A program made the translations under genes and the position numbers. From positions 640,001-704,000 of the forward strand of contig OZ243974.1 in the NCBI GenBank assembly GCA_965214775.1: a DNA stretch of 64,000 nucleotides, given 5' to 3'. This stretch comes from Nitrosopumilus sp. Lineage in GTDB: Archaea; Thermoproteota; Nitrososphaeria; Nitrososphaerales; Nitrosopumilaceae. Positions within the stretch are counted from its first letter, which is position 1. Every line of letters begins with the position of its first letter. This document shows, in pieces, positions 19,389-30,015 of the stretch. The notes under the pieces are model-generated. The model had not been told where the DNA came from. It ran no database searches and was given only the letters and a program-made list of their open reading frames with translations.

Positions 19389-19731
19389 AAAATCAGAGGA
19401 TTTTTCAGGCAGTCATACTAGACCTTGTGCATAATCGGCGCAGATCAAAAAAACCAAGCAGTTTTTACGTCATTTTTGACAAATACGCATAGTCTACTAC
19501 CAGAGCCAGTTTGATCTTCATGTCCATGAGTACGAATTTCACAATCATGATTCCTGCAAAAATGTCGACAAGTGGGGGGGCTTGCGTGATTCTCATTTGG
19601 ATTACTATCAAAAACCGTGCCACCCTTAGGAAGTTCGCCACAACAGGGCATCTAAGACGGTCAGATTCTTACAATGTTTTCCAAGTGATCTCTGAAAAGT
19701 ACGAAGAGAAAGAAAAGGAAGAAAATTCAAG

Positions 19732-19980
19732 TTAGTTTTGTATCATTTTGTTGAACATCCATTTTTTCATTTTAGACAGGATGGCTATCCAAAGAGCCAC
19801 TAGGCCAATGGCAATTGCCCCTTTGACGATTGAAGAAGCAAGCTGATCAAAATCACCGAATCCGGAAATGGAAACAGGCCCTAAAATTGTAACCACAATT
19901 CCTCCTCCCAGAAGCATCAAAACCCACATGCAAAAAATAAAGACGTACAGCGGTTTCAAATTTGTACTCCCATCAAACAT
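19732..19980 (-). CDS. Small two-TM membrane protein (true start may be ~19959)
   Basis: Two hydrophobic helices; follows the GlcNAc-1-P transferase gene. Confidence 0.65.
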   Translation of the reverse strand: MFDGSTNLKPLYVFIFCMWVLMLLGGGIVVTILGPVSISGFGDFDQLASSIVKGAIAIGLVALWIAILSKMKKWMFNKMIQN

Positions 19981-20948
19981 GCAGATATTATGGCAAGAGT
20001 CCCAGAGAAGACAGCCAGTCTAAAGATGACATGCGAAACCTGTCTGTCAGTAAGAGGGGTTTTAGACACGATTATCCTAAGCAGCGTAACTGGAGCACGC
20101 GGGTCTTTTTCGGCTTTTAGTTTCAAATCATCGGTGACAACCACCGGTTGCAAGGCAATAGTACGATGCTCGGCAAAACGCTTGACGCTTGACAAAAACA
20201 GGAAAGAGTTGACCACTGCAGGCAAAAGGGCCACTGCTGCGACAATCTCAACGCCACCTACGATAGCCAATGTGCCGTACATGGCCCCCAGGGTTAAAGT
20301 TCCCGAGTCACCCGGAAATATGCGGCTCGGATTTTTATGATACTTGTAAAATGCCAATGAAACAAAAACCAAGGGAAGGCTGGCTATTGCAATTTCATAG
20401 TTTCCAATTATGAGCAGGGATATCGACAATGACATGCTGGCAATAATCATGAATCCGCTTGCTACGCCATTAAGAATGTCAATTGAGTTTATGGTGTTCC
20501 CAGTTATGGAAATAGTCAGAACGATGATTCCCAGATAAAGCAGTGGGATCTTAACGTCTCCAAACATGGGAAACGTAAGATTGGTGTCATATGCTCCCAG
20601 AAAAATTATGGGCATTGCAGAAGCTGCAAGGGCTAAAGGCTTGAACCAGCCCCCCATTACTTTTTTGTCATCAACATAACCGACTACAAATGCCAAAAGG
20701 CTTGTAACCATAACGGCCAGAATGGAGATATTTTGAATAAAACCAAAAAGGACTGCCTCTGAGACCAGAATCCCAACAATAATGGTGATTCCGCCGGGAC
20801 GGGCCACCTGTGGTCTGTCTTTTTTATGAACGTCAGGAACCGTAGAATTATGATTTCTCAGATACTTGATCAGGCCGGGGGTTAAAGCGTATACTATGAC
20901 AAACGCGGTAATACACGTGGCAATAGCGCCAAGAACGTATTCAGTCAA
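19956..20948 (-). CDS. Polyprenyl-phosphate GlcNAc-1-phosphate transferase (MraY/AglH family)
   Basis: GYVDD, NTINSIDILNG, IFPGDSG; multiple TM helices. Confidence 0.88.
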   Translation of the reverse strand: MTEYVLGAIATCITAFVIVYALTPGLIKYLRNHNSTVPDVHKKDRPQVARPGGITIIVGILVSEAVLFGFIQNISILAVMVTSLLAFVVGYVDDKKVMGGWFKPLALAASAMPIIFLGAYDTNLTFPMFGDVKIPLLYLGIIVLTISITGNTINSIDILNGVASGFMIIASMSLSISLLIIGNYEIAIASLPLVFVSLAFYKYHKNPSRIFPGDSGTLTLGAMYGTLAIVGGVEIVAAVALLPAVVNSFLFLSSVKRFAEHRTIALQPVVVTDDLKLKAEKDPRAPVTLLRIIVSKTPLTDRQVSHVIFRLAVFSGTLAIISACLMGVQI

Positions 20949-23099
20949 CTATATTACCTTACGTACCTGAGACTTGATGTTATTTGCAAGGGTTGGGCCG
21001 ATTTTATCAATTTCTGCCAATTTATTTACCGGAATCCTTTGCAGTTCGGCGACATTTTTGATTCCGTGTCTGAACAATACACGTGCCCTGACTCGGCCGA
21101 TTCCCTTGACTTTGACAAGATCAACGAGTTCCGGGCGAATCCCGTATGCCAGACGCGTGCGCAACGTGTCAAGTTCTTCTAGCAAATCAGCGCGCCCAGA
21201 CTCTTTGGCAATCTCCCTAATGCAGTAAAGCAGCCAGTCTCCGGTTTCGACCATCCTGTGCATGTCGCCTGATTCTATGCCTAGATTGTCTGAAAGGGAG
21301 AGTTCTGATGACTCTGTTATCCAGGAGTTCAAGGCCAGCAGACTGCGTGAGCAGTCATATTCAGAGATTGGCTCTAGCATCTCATAGGAATTGTTCTCAA
21401 TTAGCAAACTTGCAGTTTCATAGTCCTTGCTTCGCAAAGAAAACTTTGGGAAAAAATCCTCGGAATTTGTGATCAGATGCAAAAATCCGAAGGTGTGTTT
21501 TAGTCCTCCTTCTCCTTCTTCTTCTCCTTCCGAGGAGACATTTTCAACTGCATCCCTAAAACGGGTTGCAGCAAGTGGATCAATGTAAAGCACAGAGGTC
21601 TTTTTCCCAAATTCAGTAGCTGCGTATCTTTCCCCTTTTTTTACCAAAAGACGCTGGCTTGACAAAAATCTCAGCGAGATGTCTATTGCAAACTTTATTG
21701 TAGGCCTTCTTGATTGCCGGCCCCCCAATGTTTGCAAGAAAAATTCCAGGATCTCCTCCTTTTTTATTCCTGGGTTTGTGACTACCACGCTCAGTACATG
21801 GGTTCGAAGTGATTTGTCATCAGTGATTTTTGATGCAATCGGCTCTGGTTCCCCATTAACGTAATAATCAACAAGATCCTCCGGATTTCCATTTCCAACA
21901 ATGATTGATTCCCCATACTTGTCATATTGTGGCCTTCCGGCCCTGCCGCAGAGTTGCTTGTATTCCAAAATGCTGATAGGCCTGTTTGCGCCTGCCTTGG
22001 CATCGTATCTGTTTACATTGGAAATTACAACCCGTCTTGCAGGAAGGTTAACACCTGCTGCCAGTGTTGGCGTAGAAGAAAGCAGTTTGATGGTTCCGTT
22101 GCGAAACTCTGTTTCAATTGCAGTTCTGCAATTTTGATTCAAACCGGCATGGTGAAATGCAACCCCCTTTTTCACCAACGATGCCAGGGTTTTTACGGTC
22201 TCTGTGTGCTCGTTTTCAGATAAGATTTTCTTTGATGTCCTTTCCAGTTCCCTGATTTCCTTTGTTTTTAGAGTCTGAGAGATGGCATCGGCTGCCTTGG
22301 TTGCAAGTGATTTTGAACGAGTCCTGGTCTCGGCAAAAACCAGGGATTGGCCTCCGTCATGAACGGATTGAACGCCCAGGTCGACGGGGGTTCCGCGTAT
22401 GCTGCGCTCAACCTCGAAGGTTTTTCCATCACTCATGGTGACTTTGCCGGCATCACAGACTCCTTCAGACAGTGGAACCGGCCTCCAGTCGTTTTTTACT
22501 AGCTTGCAACCAAGCCAAGAAGCAAGCTCGTCAGAATTTGTTATTGTTGCACTAAGGCCAACAATTTGGGGTTTTGACTCCAAGAGCCTTAGTTGTGTTA
22601 GAATCATTTCAAGTGTGGGACCCCTGCTTTCGTCGCCAATCAGGTGGACTTCGTCGGCGACCACCAGTCCAATGTCTTCAATCCACTCGGCGCCATGACG
22701 GATTATTGAATCCATTTTTTCGTTTGTCAGGACCAGGATGTTGCTTTTGTCCAGGTTTTTTTCAACATTTTCAAAATCGCCGGTCGATATTGCGGTTTTA
22801 ATTTTATTTCCTATTGAGAGTCTTTCTAGCTTTTTGAATTCTGAAAATTTTTCAGATGCCAGTGCCCGTAACGGGCTTAGATAGACCGCCTTTCCCTTGT
22901 TCCTTGAAAGGTATCCCATCATCGAAAGCATCGCAATCAGGGTTTTTCCGCTTGCAGTAGGTGCAGAAACCATAACGCTTTGTCCTTCAAGCAACCCAGA
23001 CTCTACACTGGCAGTTTGCGGGGGATAGAGTTCCCCATATCCTTGTGATTGCAAGAATCCAATTGCAGATCCTGGAAGATCCAATTTCTCTATTTTCAT
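20949..23099 (-). CDS. hel308: Ski2-like DNA helicase Hel308/Hjm
   Basis: APTASGKT, DEVH, FHHAGL, TLAAGVNLPA, GRAGRP; C-terminal HhH. Confidence 0.92.
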   Translation of the reverse strand: MKIEKLDLPGSAIGFLQSQGYGELYPPQTASVESGLLEGQSVMVSAPTASGKTLIAMLSMMGYLSRNKGKAVYLSPLRALASEKFSEFKKLERLSIGNKIKTAISTGDFENVEKNLDKSNILVLTNEKMDSIIRHGAEWIEDIGLVVADEVHLIGDESRGPTLEMILTQLRLLESKPQIVGLSATITNSDELASWLGCKLVKNDWRPVPLSEGVCDAGKVTMSDGKTFEVERSIRGTPVDLGVQSVHDGGQSLVFAETRTRSKSLATKAADAISQTLKTKEIRELERTSKKILSENEHTETVKTLASLVKKGVAFHHAGLNQNCRTAIETEFRNGTIKLLSSTPTLAAGVNLPARRVVISNVNRYDAKAGANRPISILEYKQLCGRAGRPQYDKYGESIIVGNGNPEDLVDYYVNGEPEPIASKITDDKSLRTHVLSVVVTNPGIKKEEILEFFLQTLGGRQSRRPTIKFAIDISLRFLSSQRLLVKKGERYAATEFGKKTSVLYIDPLAATRFRDAVENVSSEGEEEGEGGLKHTFGFLHLITNSEDFFPKFSLRSKDYETASLLIENNSYEMLEPISEYDCSRSLLALNSWITESSELSLSDNLGIESGDMHRMVETGDWLLYCIREIAKESGRADLLEELDTLRTRLAYGIRPELVDLVKVKGIGRVRARVLFRHGIKNVAELQRIPVNKLAEIDKIGPTLANNIKSQVRKVI

Positions 23100-25189
23100 A
23101 CCCGGTTATAGTGACCGGGTTTTGATTCATAAATAGATGCTTCTACAAGCATTTTTTGAATGTAATTTCTTGCCTCTTCTTCGGTGAATTTTTCAGTCTT
23201 TTCAAGCTCTTTGACAAATGCCTTTTCTTCAACTGCTACTTTGTTGTCACCTTCCAATTTCTTGAGAATGTCCATGAATAGTTGCATCCTTGAAACCTCG
23301 CTTCTCGGTTTTCCCTGAAGAACCCCTAGGTCGACTTGGCCAGTATTGACGTCTACTCCTGCATCCTCAAGCATGCTCTGGAAAAGGAAGATGGCGCGAT
23401 CTGCGTCTTCTTCCTCTACCTTGTCTTTCATGAGCAATCTGGCCCTGGCAGTTGAGAGTCTGATGATGCCTTCAAGCTGCCTGGGCGTGACTGTAATCAT
23501 CGCTTCTGATTCGACATTTCTCATTTTAAGATAATAGTCAAGAATCTTTTCTTCTGCCTCTTTTGTCAAATCAGGAGAACCGCGTTTGGCATGTGCAAGA
23601 TATTTTGTAAGCAGGTCAACGTCAATTACAGAACGCTTGTTGATTCCTTGCGGAGTGTGCAATTCAATGATGTGTTTTGCAATTTGTTCGTCGCGCTCTT
23701 TGGTTGGAATGTCTCTTACAACAAAAATCAGGTCAAATCTGGTCAATAGTGGAATTGGCAGGTTGACGTTTTCTGTGATGTTTTTGAAGGGATCGTATTT
23801 GCCATACACTGGGTTTGCAGCAGCTAAAATGGACGTTCTAGCGTTGAGAGTTGCAACAATGCCGCCTTTGGCAATGCTTGCAGATTGCTGCTCCATTACC
23901 TCGTGCAACGCACTTCTGTCCTCTGGCTTCATTTTATCGAACTCGTCAATGCTTACCAGACCCTGATCGCCCAATACTACTGCACCAGCTTCTAGCATCA
24001 TAATTCCTGTCTTGTCTCGGACTACTGCTGCTGTAAGACCTGCTGCTGTAGAGCCCCTGCCAGAAGTGTATAGTCCACGGGGTGCAATTCTAGAGCAAAA
24101 CTTTAACATCTCGCTTTTTGCCGTACCGGGATCACCTACAAGAAATACGTTGATGTCTCCTCTAATCTTGCTTCCGTCACCTAGCGGTCTCTGGTTGGAA
24201 CCGACTATCAGCAGCAGAATTGCCTCTTTGATCAGTGACTGGCCCTGAATGTGGGGGGCAAATGAGTCAATCAGTCTTTGATAGACATCAGGGCTTTGGG
24301 CCAAAGCCCTGATCATTTTTTCTTCTTCAGGCGAAATCTCCTCTCTTTCGATTTTTCTTGACGTCTTGGAGCCCCGTCCTCCCAGAAATTCAATGTTGTT
24401 GCCTTCAATTCTTAGCCGATATAACCCGCTGTGCCCGCGTGTGACGCCGGTCACTGATTCCTGCTCGACTCTGACTAGGCCAGTAAGCACGACTCTGTCG
24501 CCTGGACGGGCATTATCCACCAAATCCTGCCTAACTGTCACATCAATATAGTGGGGAAGTTGTCCTGGCGGAAGGTCTTCGGGAAGTTCCTGCAGCCTCA
24601 TAATTTGAAAATCGATGAACTTGCTGTCTTCTGGTTTGAGATCAAAGTCCCGGTGTTTGCAGTTTGGATTATCGCAGACTACTGGAACCTTGACATCCAT
24701 TCCTTTGATCTGAATGACTTTTGTCTTGTGTTCGTCAGGACATACGAAGATCAGTTCTTTTGCAAGAGGCTTCACTTCAGAGGCTCTTACAACCATTCCT
24801 GAAACGCTTGTAATTGTTCCAATTGTCTCTGCGTTAATCTGTCTCAGACTTCTCTCAGAAGGATAGTTAACAAGTCTTACTCTGACTTCGTCTTTGATTT
24901 TTTCGGCATAGTCAGGGAATCTTGTTTGCAATGCCTCTTTGATTGCTCTGGAAAACGCATCAAAGATTCTGTCCGGATTATCAGTAAACATCACCTCTAT
25001 GTCCGGAACCAGAACCAGATCATTGTAGTCGACGATGATATGTTTTACATTCTTTGACATCATCTCGTCAACTGCCTCCACATACTTGTAGCTACCATCC
25101 TTGTCCTTGAAACGAGTCAGGAACTCTTTTACCTTATCAGACAATGCAGAATCAGTAAAGGCACTACTGGTTTGAGTGCTACTACTCAT
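23096..25189 (-). CDS. mcm: Replicative helicase MCM
   Basis: GDPGTAKS, IDEFDKM, LLTRFD; ATG at 25189 overlaps the GINS end; no intein evident. Confidence 0.97.
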   Translation of the reverse strand: MSSSTQTSSAFTDSALSDKVKEFLTRFKDKDGSYKYVEAVDEMMSKNVKHIIVDYNDLVLVPDIEVMFTDNPDRIFDAFSRAIKEALQTRFPDYAEKIKDEVRVRLVNYPSERSLRQINAETIGTITSVSGMVVRASEVKPLAKELIFVCPDEHKTKVIQIKGMDVKVPVVCDNPNCKHRDFDLKPEDSKFIDFQIMRLQELPEDLPPGQLPHYIDVTVRQDLVDNARPGDRVVLTGLVRVEQESVTGVTRGHSGLYRLRIEGNNIEFLGGRGSKTSRKIEREEISPEEEKMIRALAQSPDVYQRLIDSFAPHIQGQSLIKEAILLLIVGSNQRPLGDGSKIRGDINVFLVGDPGTAKSEMLKFCSRIAPRGLYTSGRGSTAAGLTAAVVRDKTGIMMLEAGAVVLGDQGLVSIDEFDKMKPEDRSALHEVMEQQSASIAKGGIVATLNARTSILAAANPVYGKYDPFKNITENVNLPIPLLTRFDLIFVVRDIPTKERDEQIAKHIIELHTPQGINKRSVIDVDLLTKYLAHAKRGSPDLTKEAEEKILDYYLKMRNVESEAMITVTPRQLEGIIRLSTARARLLMKDKVEEEDADRAIFLFQSMLEDAGVDVNTGQVDLGVLQGKPRSEVSRMQLFMDILKKLEGDNKVAVEEKAFVKELEKTEKFTEEEARNYIQKMLVEASIYESKPGHYNRV

Positions 25190-25700
25190 TTCTTTCACCT
25201 TTGATTTGTTTTTCAAATTCTGCACTGTTGTCATAGATGGATTTGTAAAAAACCACCTCTTCTACGGTTAGTTTGCTGTACAGATCAGAGTTTAGTTTTA
25301 TAGAATCTGCATGTTTGACAAGCTTTCCTCGTCTCATCCTAAACAATTCAAGCATGATGCTTTCAACACGATCATAGTCGTCCTTGTTTAGATCTTTCAT
25401 TACCTCTTTTAGCTTGATGTAAAAGTGAGAATCCAAAGTCGATAGCTGGTATTCGCCTACCATCTTTTCTTTTGACAGGGCTTGCTTCAGTTCAGTAATC
25501 ATGTCTGGGGCGTCAATGCCTGCTAAATTGTTGTCAGCCAAAACCTTGCCCACCCATTGAGGAATATTCAATACCTCACCCTGTTGGCCTGAAATCTTCA
25601 CGTCGGCCACGTCAATCTTGACATCCTGATTGACCGTGGTCTTGGCATCCTTTAGGCGGTATCCAATCGAGTGCACTTTTTCTATGGTATCAATTTCCAT
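25182..25700 (-). CDS. GINS subunit (Gins23/Psf2-like)
   Basis: IPQWVG.VL, LDSHFY, MRRGKL, LTVEE; directly upstream of mcm. Confidence 0.85.
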   Translation of the reverse strand: MEIDTIEKVHSIGYRLKDAKTTVNQDVKIDVADVKISGQQGEVLNIPQWVGKVLADNNLAGIDAPDMITELKQALSKEKMVGEYQLSTLDSHFYIKLKEVMKDLNKDDYDRVESIMLELFRMRRGKLVKHADSIKLNSDLYSKLTVEEVVFYKSIYDNSAEFEKQIKGERNE

Positions 25701-25704
25701 TATA

Positions 25705-25801
25705 GATCACTTATCCACCATAAGATCCTCAAGTATAGGATCAATCAATTCTCTTAACAATTTAGTCAGATCAATTGATCCTAGTCGATCTCAGGCTGAT
25801 C
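25705..25801. promoter_or_regulatory. Cluster of seven GATC sites in the gins/rfcS divergent intergenic region
   Basis: GATC at 25705, 25724, 25739, 25769, 25777, 25787 and 25798; the regulatory role is inferred. Confidence 0.55.
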
Positions 25802-25889
25802 GCAGCAAGTTTTGGCGAAGTTTTGATTTTAAGATGAGGGATGTCATAATAACCAATTCGGTTTTATTGGTGGGGATTCAACCTTACCC

Positions 25890-26840
25890 ATGGCCGAATC
25901 AGGAATGTGGGTTGAAAAGTATCGCCCTCAAAAACTGTCTGATGTCGTAAACCAGACTGAGATCATTGGAAGCTTGGAGGCACTGATCAAAGATCCGACT
26001 GACATGCCACATTTACTGTTTTCAGGCTCGGCCGGCGTCGGAAAGACTACTACTGCCCTTTGTATCACAAGACAGATTCTAGGAGAATTTTCCAAAGACT
26101 ACACGCTTGAGCTGAATGCTTCAGACGAAAGGGGAATCGGGATGGTTAGAGAAAAGGTCAAAAGATTCACAAAGATTGCAGGATTCGCAGACATTCCCTT
26201 CAAGATTATCATCCTAGATGAGGCAGACGAGATGACCGGGGATGCGCAGACTGCACTACGTAGAATAATAGAGGACGCAGCAGAGAACTGCAGGTTTATC
26301 CTAATTGCAAATAATGTCTCAAAGATTATCGAGCCAATCCAGAGCAGATGTGCAACATTCAAGTTTACGTCTGTTCCTAGAGAGGATGTAATTTCAAGGC
26401 TAGAGGAAATAGCGAAAAAAGAAAAAGTAAAGGCTGACAAAAAAGGACTCGAGGCAATTTATGATTATTCAGAGGGGGATTTACGGCATGCAATTAATTT
26501 GATGCAGGCAACTGCCAGTTTGGGGACAATTTCAGAGGCAAATGTAAAGTCATCTGCCGGGCTAACTAAAACAAGTGATGTTGACGAAGTTTTGAAAATT
26601 GCCCTGTCAGGCAAAGTCGCAGATGCAAGAGAAAAGATGATTGAGTTAATCAAAGTTTACGGAATGTCCGAATCAGATTTTCTAAAATACATCAACGCTG
26701 CCGTCTTTAAAACAAAACATGACAAGTTATCTGGCATTTTGGAAATAATTGCAAAATATGATTATAGAATTTTATCTGGAGCAAATTCAGAGATTCAATT
26801 GTCAGCAATGCTGGCCGAACTGGCAAACTTGGAAAAGTAA
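25890..26840 (+). CDS. rfcS: Replication factor C small subunit
   Basis: WVEKYRP, GSAGVGKTT, ELNASDERGI, ILDEAD, IQSRC. Confidence 0.97.
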   Translation: MAESGMWVEKYRPQKLSDVVNQTEIIGSLEALIKDPTDMPHLLFSGSAGVGKTTTALCITRQILGEFSKDYTLELNASDERGIGMVREKVKRFTKIAGFADIPFKIIILDEADEMTGDAQTALRRIIEDAAENCRFILIANNVSKIIEPIQSRCATFKFTSVPREDVISRLEEIAKKEKVKADKKGLEAIYDYSEGDLRHAINLMQATASLGTISEANVKSSAGLTKTSDVDEVLKIALSGKVADAREKMIELIKVYGMSESDFLKYINAAVFKTKHDKLSGILEIIAKYDYRILSGANSEIQLSAMLAELANLEK

Positions 26841-27204
26841 AAACGCAGGGAGTGACCATGAGGCCTGACGGCAATAGCTTGTTGCATAGCCCCTTGCCTA
26901 AAACTTGAAACTTGGTCAAAAATCACCAGCATGATCAGCGGATACTGACCGATACTGTTCAACGAGTGGGCAGTTGCCAGGGCGCTACTCTGCGATGGGT
27001 TTGGGGTGCAGAACGCCATGACGATGATGGTATTCAGGGAGGGCATGTCGATCTATATCAGGGAGCCCAAGATCCTCTCGCCTTTCGCCTTCCTTCCTTC
27101 CTCTCTCCTCCCTTCCCCGAGGCCAGATCCTGGGTACTTTTCACTTGGCTGAAGGCTAAATGAACAACACTAGTGTTAATGATAAGATGTGGCAGTATTG
27201 CCTA

Positions 27205-27791
27205 TAGTGACGATTAAAAGTCTTTGATCAGTTTGGGTTTGCCCCGATATGCCCCATAATGTCATACGTGAAGCTTGTAGTCCCTCATGTATTCGGACAG
27301 CGTCTGCCTCATCTCCTCAAAGATGGCATATGGTGAAAAGCACAAGTTCTTCAACAACGGAAAGCACCTCCCTGCATAGTTTATGCCCACATATGTTGAA
27401 GAATTTTTGCTCGTCATTATAGTACTGTGAGGCCATCACGTCGCGCTTTGCCTAGTGCCAGTACTCCTCTATGCCGCTGAACTTCTGGGTGGCCACCGGC
27501 AGATGCCTGACCCTTAGGGCATCCATGTTGTCTACAACGAACCTCTTTACGTCCCGGGTGGTGTACGCAGAGGCGCCATCCATTATTACCAGGACCTTTC
27601 AAGTGACTGTGCAGCCTCTAGATATTTGAGGAATGTCGGGCCGTCAAACTTGTCGTACATCCGGAAGAAACGGCGGCGTCCGTCTGTGGCAATTGCGCCG
27701 TATGATGACGGTTGAAAGCCTTTGATCATTAAAAAGTGCATTCCTGCATAGTTGGTTCCCATGCGTGCTCAAAAACTTTTAATCGTCACTA
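27205..27791 (-). mobile_element. Internally deleted IS630-family element with degraded transposase
   Basis: Perfect 17-bp TIR TAGTGACGATTAAAAGT/ACTTTTAATCGTCACTA; minus-strand fragments YGAIATDG...FDGPTFLKYL and VLVIMDGASAY...HLPVATQKFSGIEEYW (DDE_3-like) with a frameshift and a stop. Confidence 0.85.
27329..27421. mobile_element. MITE family B, copy 2, nested in the IS630 remnant
   Basis: TA-flanked imperfect TIR; splits the transposase between ...ASQYY and AIFEEMRQTLSEYMR. Confidence 0.8.
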
Positions 27792-28071
27792 CAAGCCGCA
27801 ATCCTGTGGCGGCTTCCATTGCACGGGATCGTGATGGTCTCCCCGACTGCGAACCAGTACGTGCGTCTGACCGCCGGATTATTGACGAAGATCGGCTCGG
27901 CCTTTTCCTTCTAGTACGCCTCCTTGAAACCGTCCTTTTTTGGAGTCATGGGTTACGTATGCTATAGCGATCAAAATGTGTTGTGTTGTGCGTGCAATTA
28001 AAAATGGAATGTTTTTTTGGCAAAATAGGCACGATGTGTCAAAATCGTATTCCATTTTTTTATGTATTGAC

Positions 28072-28117
28072 TATGGTTGGACATTGTTGATCTGAAGGAC
28101 TCGTGCTCTTCACCATA
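28072..28117. mobile_element. Degenerate end fragment of MITE family B
   Basis: GTGCTCTTCACCATA is the reverse complement of the family B end TATGGTGAAGAGCA. Confidence 0.45.
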
Positions 28118-28172
28118 CAAGTAACATTTGAACATCATGCCAACGATAAAAGCGGACATTCCAAAAATTAGA

Positions 28173-28466
28173 TTAATTTTTCATCAACGGTAAAGCTTTA
28201 GAATATGCATTTTTAATTTTCCCATGGTCCACTAGAACATTTTTGCCTCCCTTGATTTCCAGGATTCTTCTGACACAGGGAGCATGGTTTGCAATCCTGC
28301 CGTATGACTTGTTATTTAGTCCTAACCTGTGCATAAACTTGCAGGCAGTCCGTGCACCGGTATCTGAGAAGCTTTTTTGAAGAGCTGTCTTGGCACGCTC
28401 TGTTCTCTTTTGCAAGCTGTGGATATCGACTTTAATCATGACGATACAGCACTGAATTTGATTCAA
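28173..28466 (-). CDS. Small basic hypothetical protein (start uncertain)
   Basis: 97-aa ORF just downstream of tRNA-Ser; no recognisable motif. Confidence 0.35.
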   Translation of the reverse strand: MNQIQCCIVMIKVDIHSLQKRTERAKTALQKSFSDTGARTACKFMHRLGLNNKSYGRIANHAPCVRRILEIKGGKNVLVDHGKIKNAYSKALPLMKN

Positions 28467-28509
28467 GCTTCAAATCTTGTTCATTGCGGGTTATCAACGG
28501 TTACAGAAG

Positions 28510-28593
28510 CGCAGAGAGAGGGATTTGAACCCCCGTATGCTTGCGCACACAGGCTCTCAAGGCCCGCGCCCTACCGAGCTAGGCGACCTCTGC
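28510..28593 (-). tRNA. tRNA-Ser(TGA)
   Basis: GCAGAGG acceptor stem, CGGGC-CTTGAGA-GCCTG anticodon arm, long variable arm, G discriminator. Confidence 0.9.
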
Positions 28594-28679
28594 AAAAAAT
28601 GTTGCAGACAACTGATTAAAATTTGTTGAGGAACGTCATCAGAAGGAATTTTAAAAATAAGAAAAAAGAAAAGATTTCT

Positions 28680-29216
28680 TTAATCGTGTGCGTGTGGGTT
28701 TTCAGAACCGGATTTCATTACAACATAGGTGCCGTTTGCTTTTTCATGAAATTCTATGTATGACGGTTCAATCAAGATTGCTTTTTCCGGACATGCCTCC
28801 TGGCAGGCCATACATTGCGTACAATCGTGTTCTCTGATTGGTTGCGATTTATCTGAGTAATCTAGGCGTTCATCTTGTTCGGTTAAACCAGTACCGTCAA
28901 AGGTTTCGTCCAAGCAAGATGATGCCGGAATATCTTTTTCGGTTCGGTACCATTGAAAAGTTTGTACCGGACAGACACTCATGCACGAACCTTGTGCCGT
29001 ACAATCGTCCCAGTCAACTGCGACAGTAGTACCGTGAATTCCAAGTGGGACTTGTTCTTCACCGCGTGCCTCATATGCTGCTTTTACATCATCGTTTGAA
29101 AATGCTGCACCGTCAGTCCTGCCTTTGCCCCAGATAAAGTGCTTATTTTCACCGTCACTGTGGTTTGTTTTTCCGACAACTTCTAGATTTTCGACAAATT
29201 TCTCATCTATTGGCAT
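28680..29216 (-). CDS. Dicluster ferredoxin with N-terminal extension (paralog 2)
   Basis: CTAQGSCMSVCP and CTQCMACQEACP. Confidence 0.9.
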   Translation of the reverse strand: MPIDEKFVENLEVVGKTNHSDGENKHFIWGKGRTDGAAFSNDDVKAAYEARGEEQVPLGIHGTTVAVDWDDCTAQGSCMSVCPVQTFQWYRTEKDIPASSCLDETFDGTGLTEQDERLDYSDKSQPIREHDCTQCMACQEACPEKAILIEPSYIEFHEKANGTYVVMKSGSENPHAHD

Positions 29217-29238
29217 ATTGAGATTAGTTTTAAAATAT

Positions 29239-29246
29239 TATTTAAA
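29239..29246 (-). promoter_or_regulatory. Archaeal TATA box (TTTAAATA), probably leaderless transcript
   Basis: 23-30 nt upstream of ATG 29216; the same box occurs at 29911-29918 and 55029-55036 before the other ferredoxins. Confidence 0.65.
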
Positions 29247-29304
29247 GCTAGACAAAATTAGTTGCGACTAAATCCCACAGATCGTAAGTTTTACGTTTGG
29301 ATTT

Positions 29305-29331
29305 TAAGAAAGAAAGAAAGAAAGAAAATAG
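29305..29331 (-). terminator. Oligo-T/pyrimidine-rich terminator candidate
   Basis: (TTTC)n run on the minus strand just after the stop at 29337. Confidence 0.5.
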
Positions 29332-29336
29332 CTCTT

Positions 29337-29909
<573 letters not shown>

Positions 29910-30015
29910 TTATTTAAATCTAGATAGGCTGGATGAAGCGAATATATCATGGATTATTTAGGCAGGAATCTGATGATCCCTACGTTCATAACGTTGTACG
30001 ATAAATTCTGTTGAC

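Noticed and set aside
19390-19735. Possible gene remnant between the acyltransferase and the membrane-protein gene
   Set aside because: Short ORFs without recognisable motifs; cannot be supported without a search
25711-25719. DnaA-box-like TTATCCACC
   Set aside because: Single imperfect match in an archaeon, which uses Orc1/Cdc6; likely chance
28519-28533. AGGGATTTGAACCC shared with tRNA-Ala as a possible att repeat
   Set aside because: Generic T-arm similarity between two complete tRNAs
28510-28593. Reading this tRNA as Leu(GAG)
   Set aside because: Stem geometry centres TGA in the loop and the discriminator is G, as in tRNA-Ser
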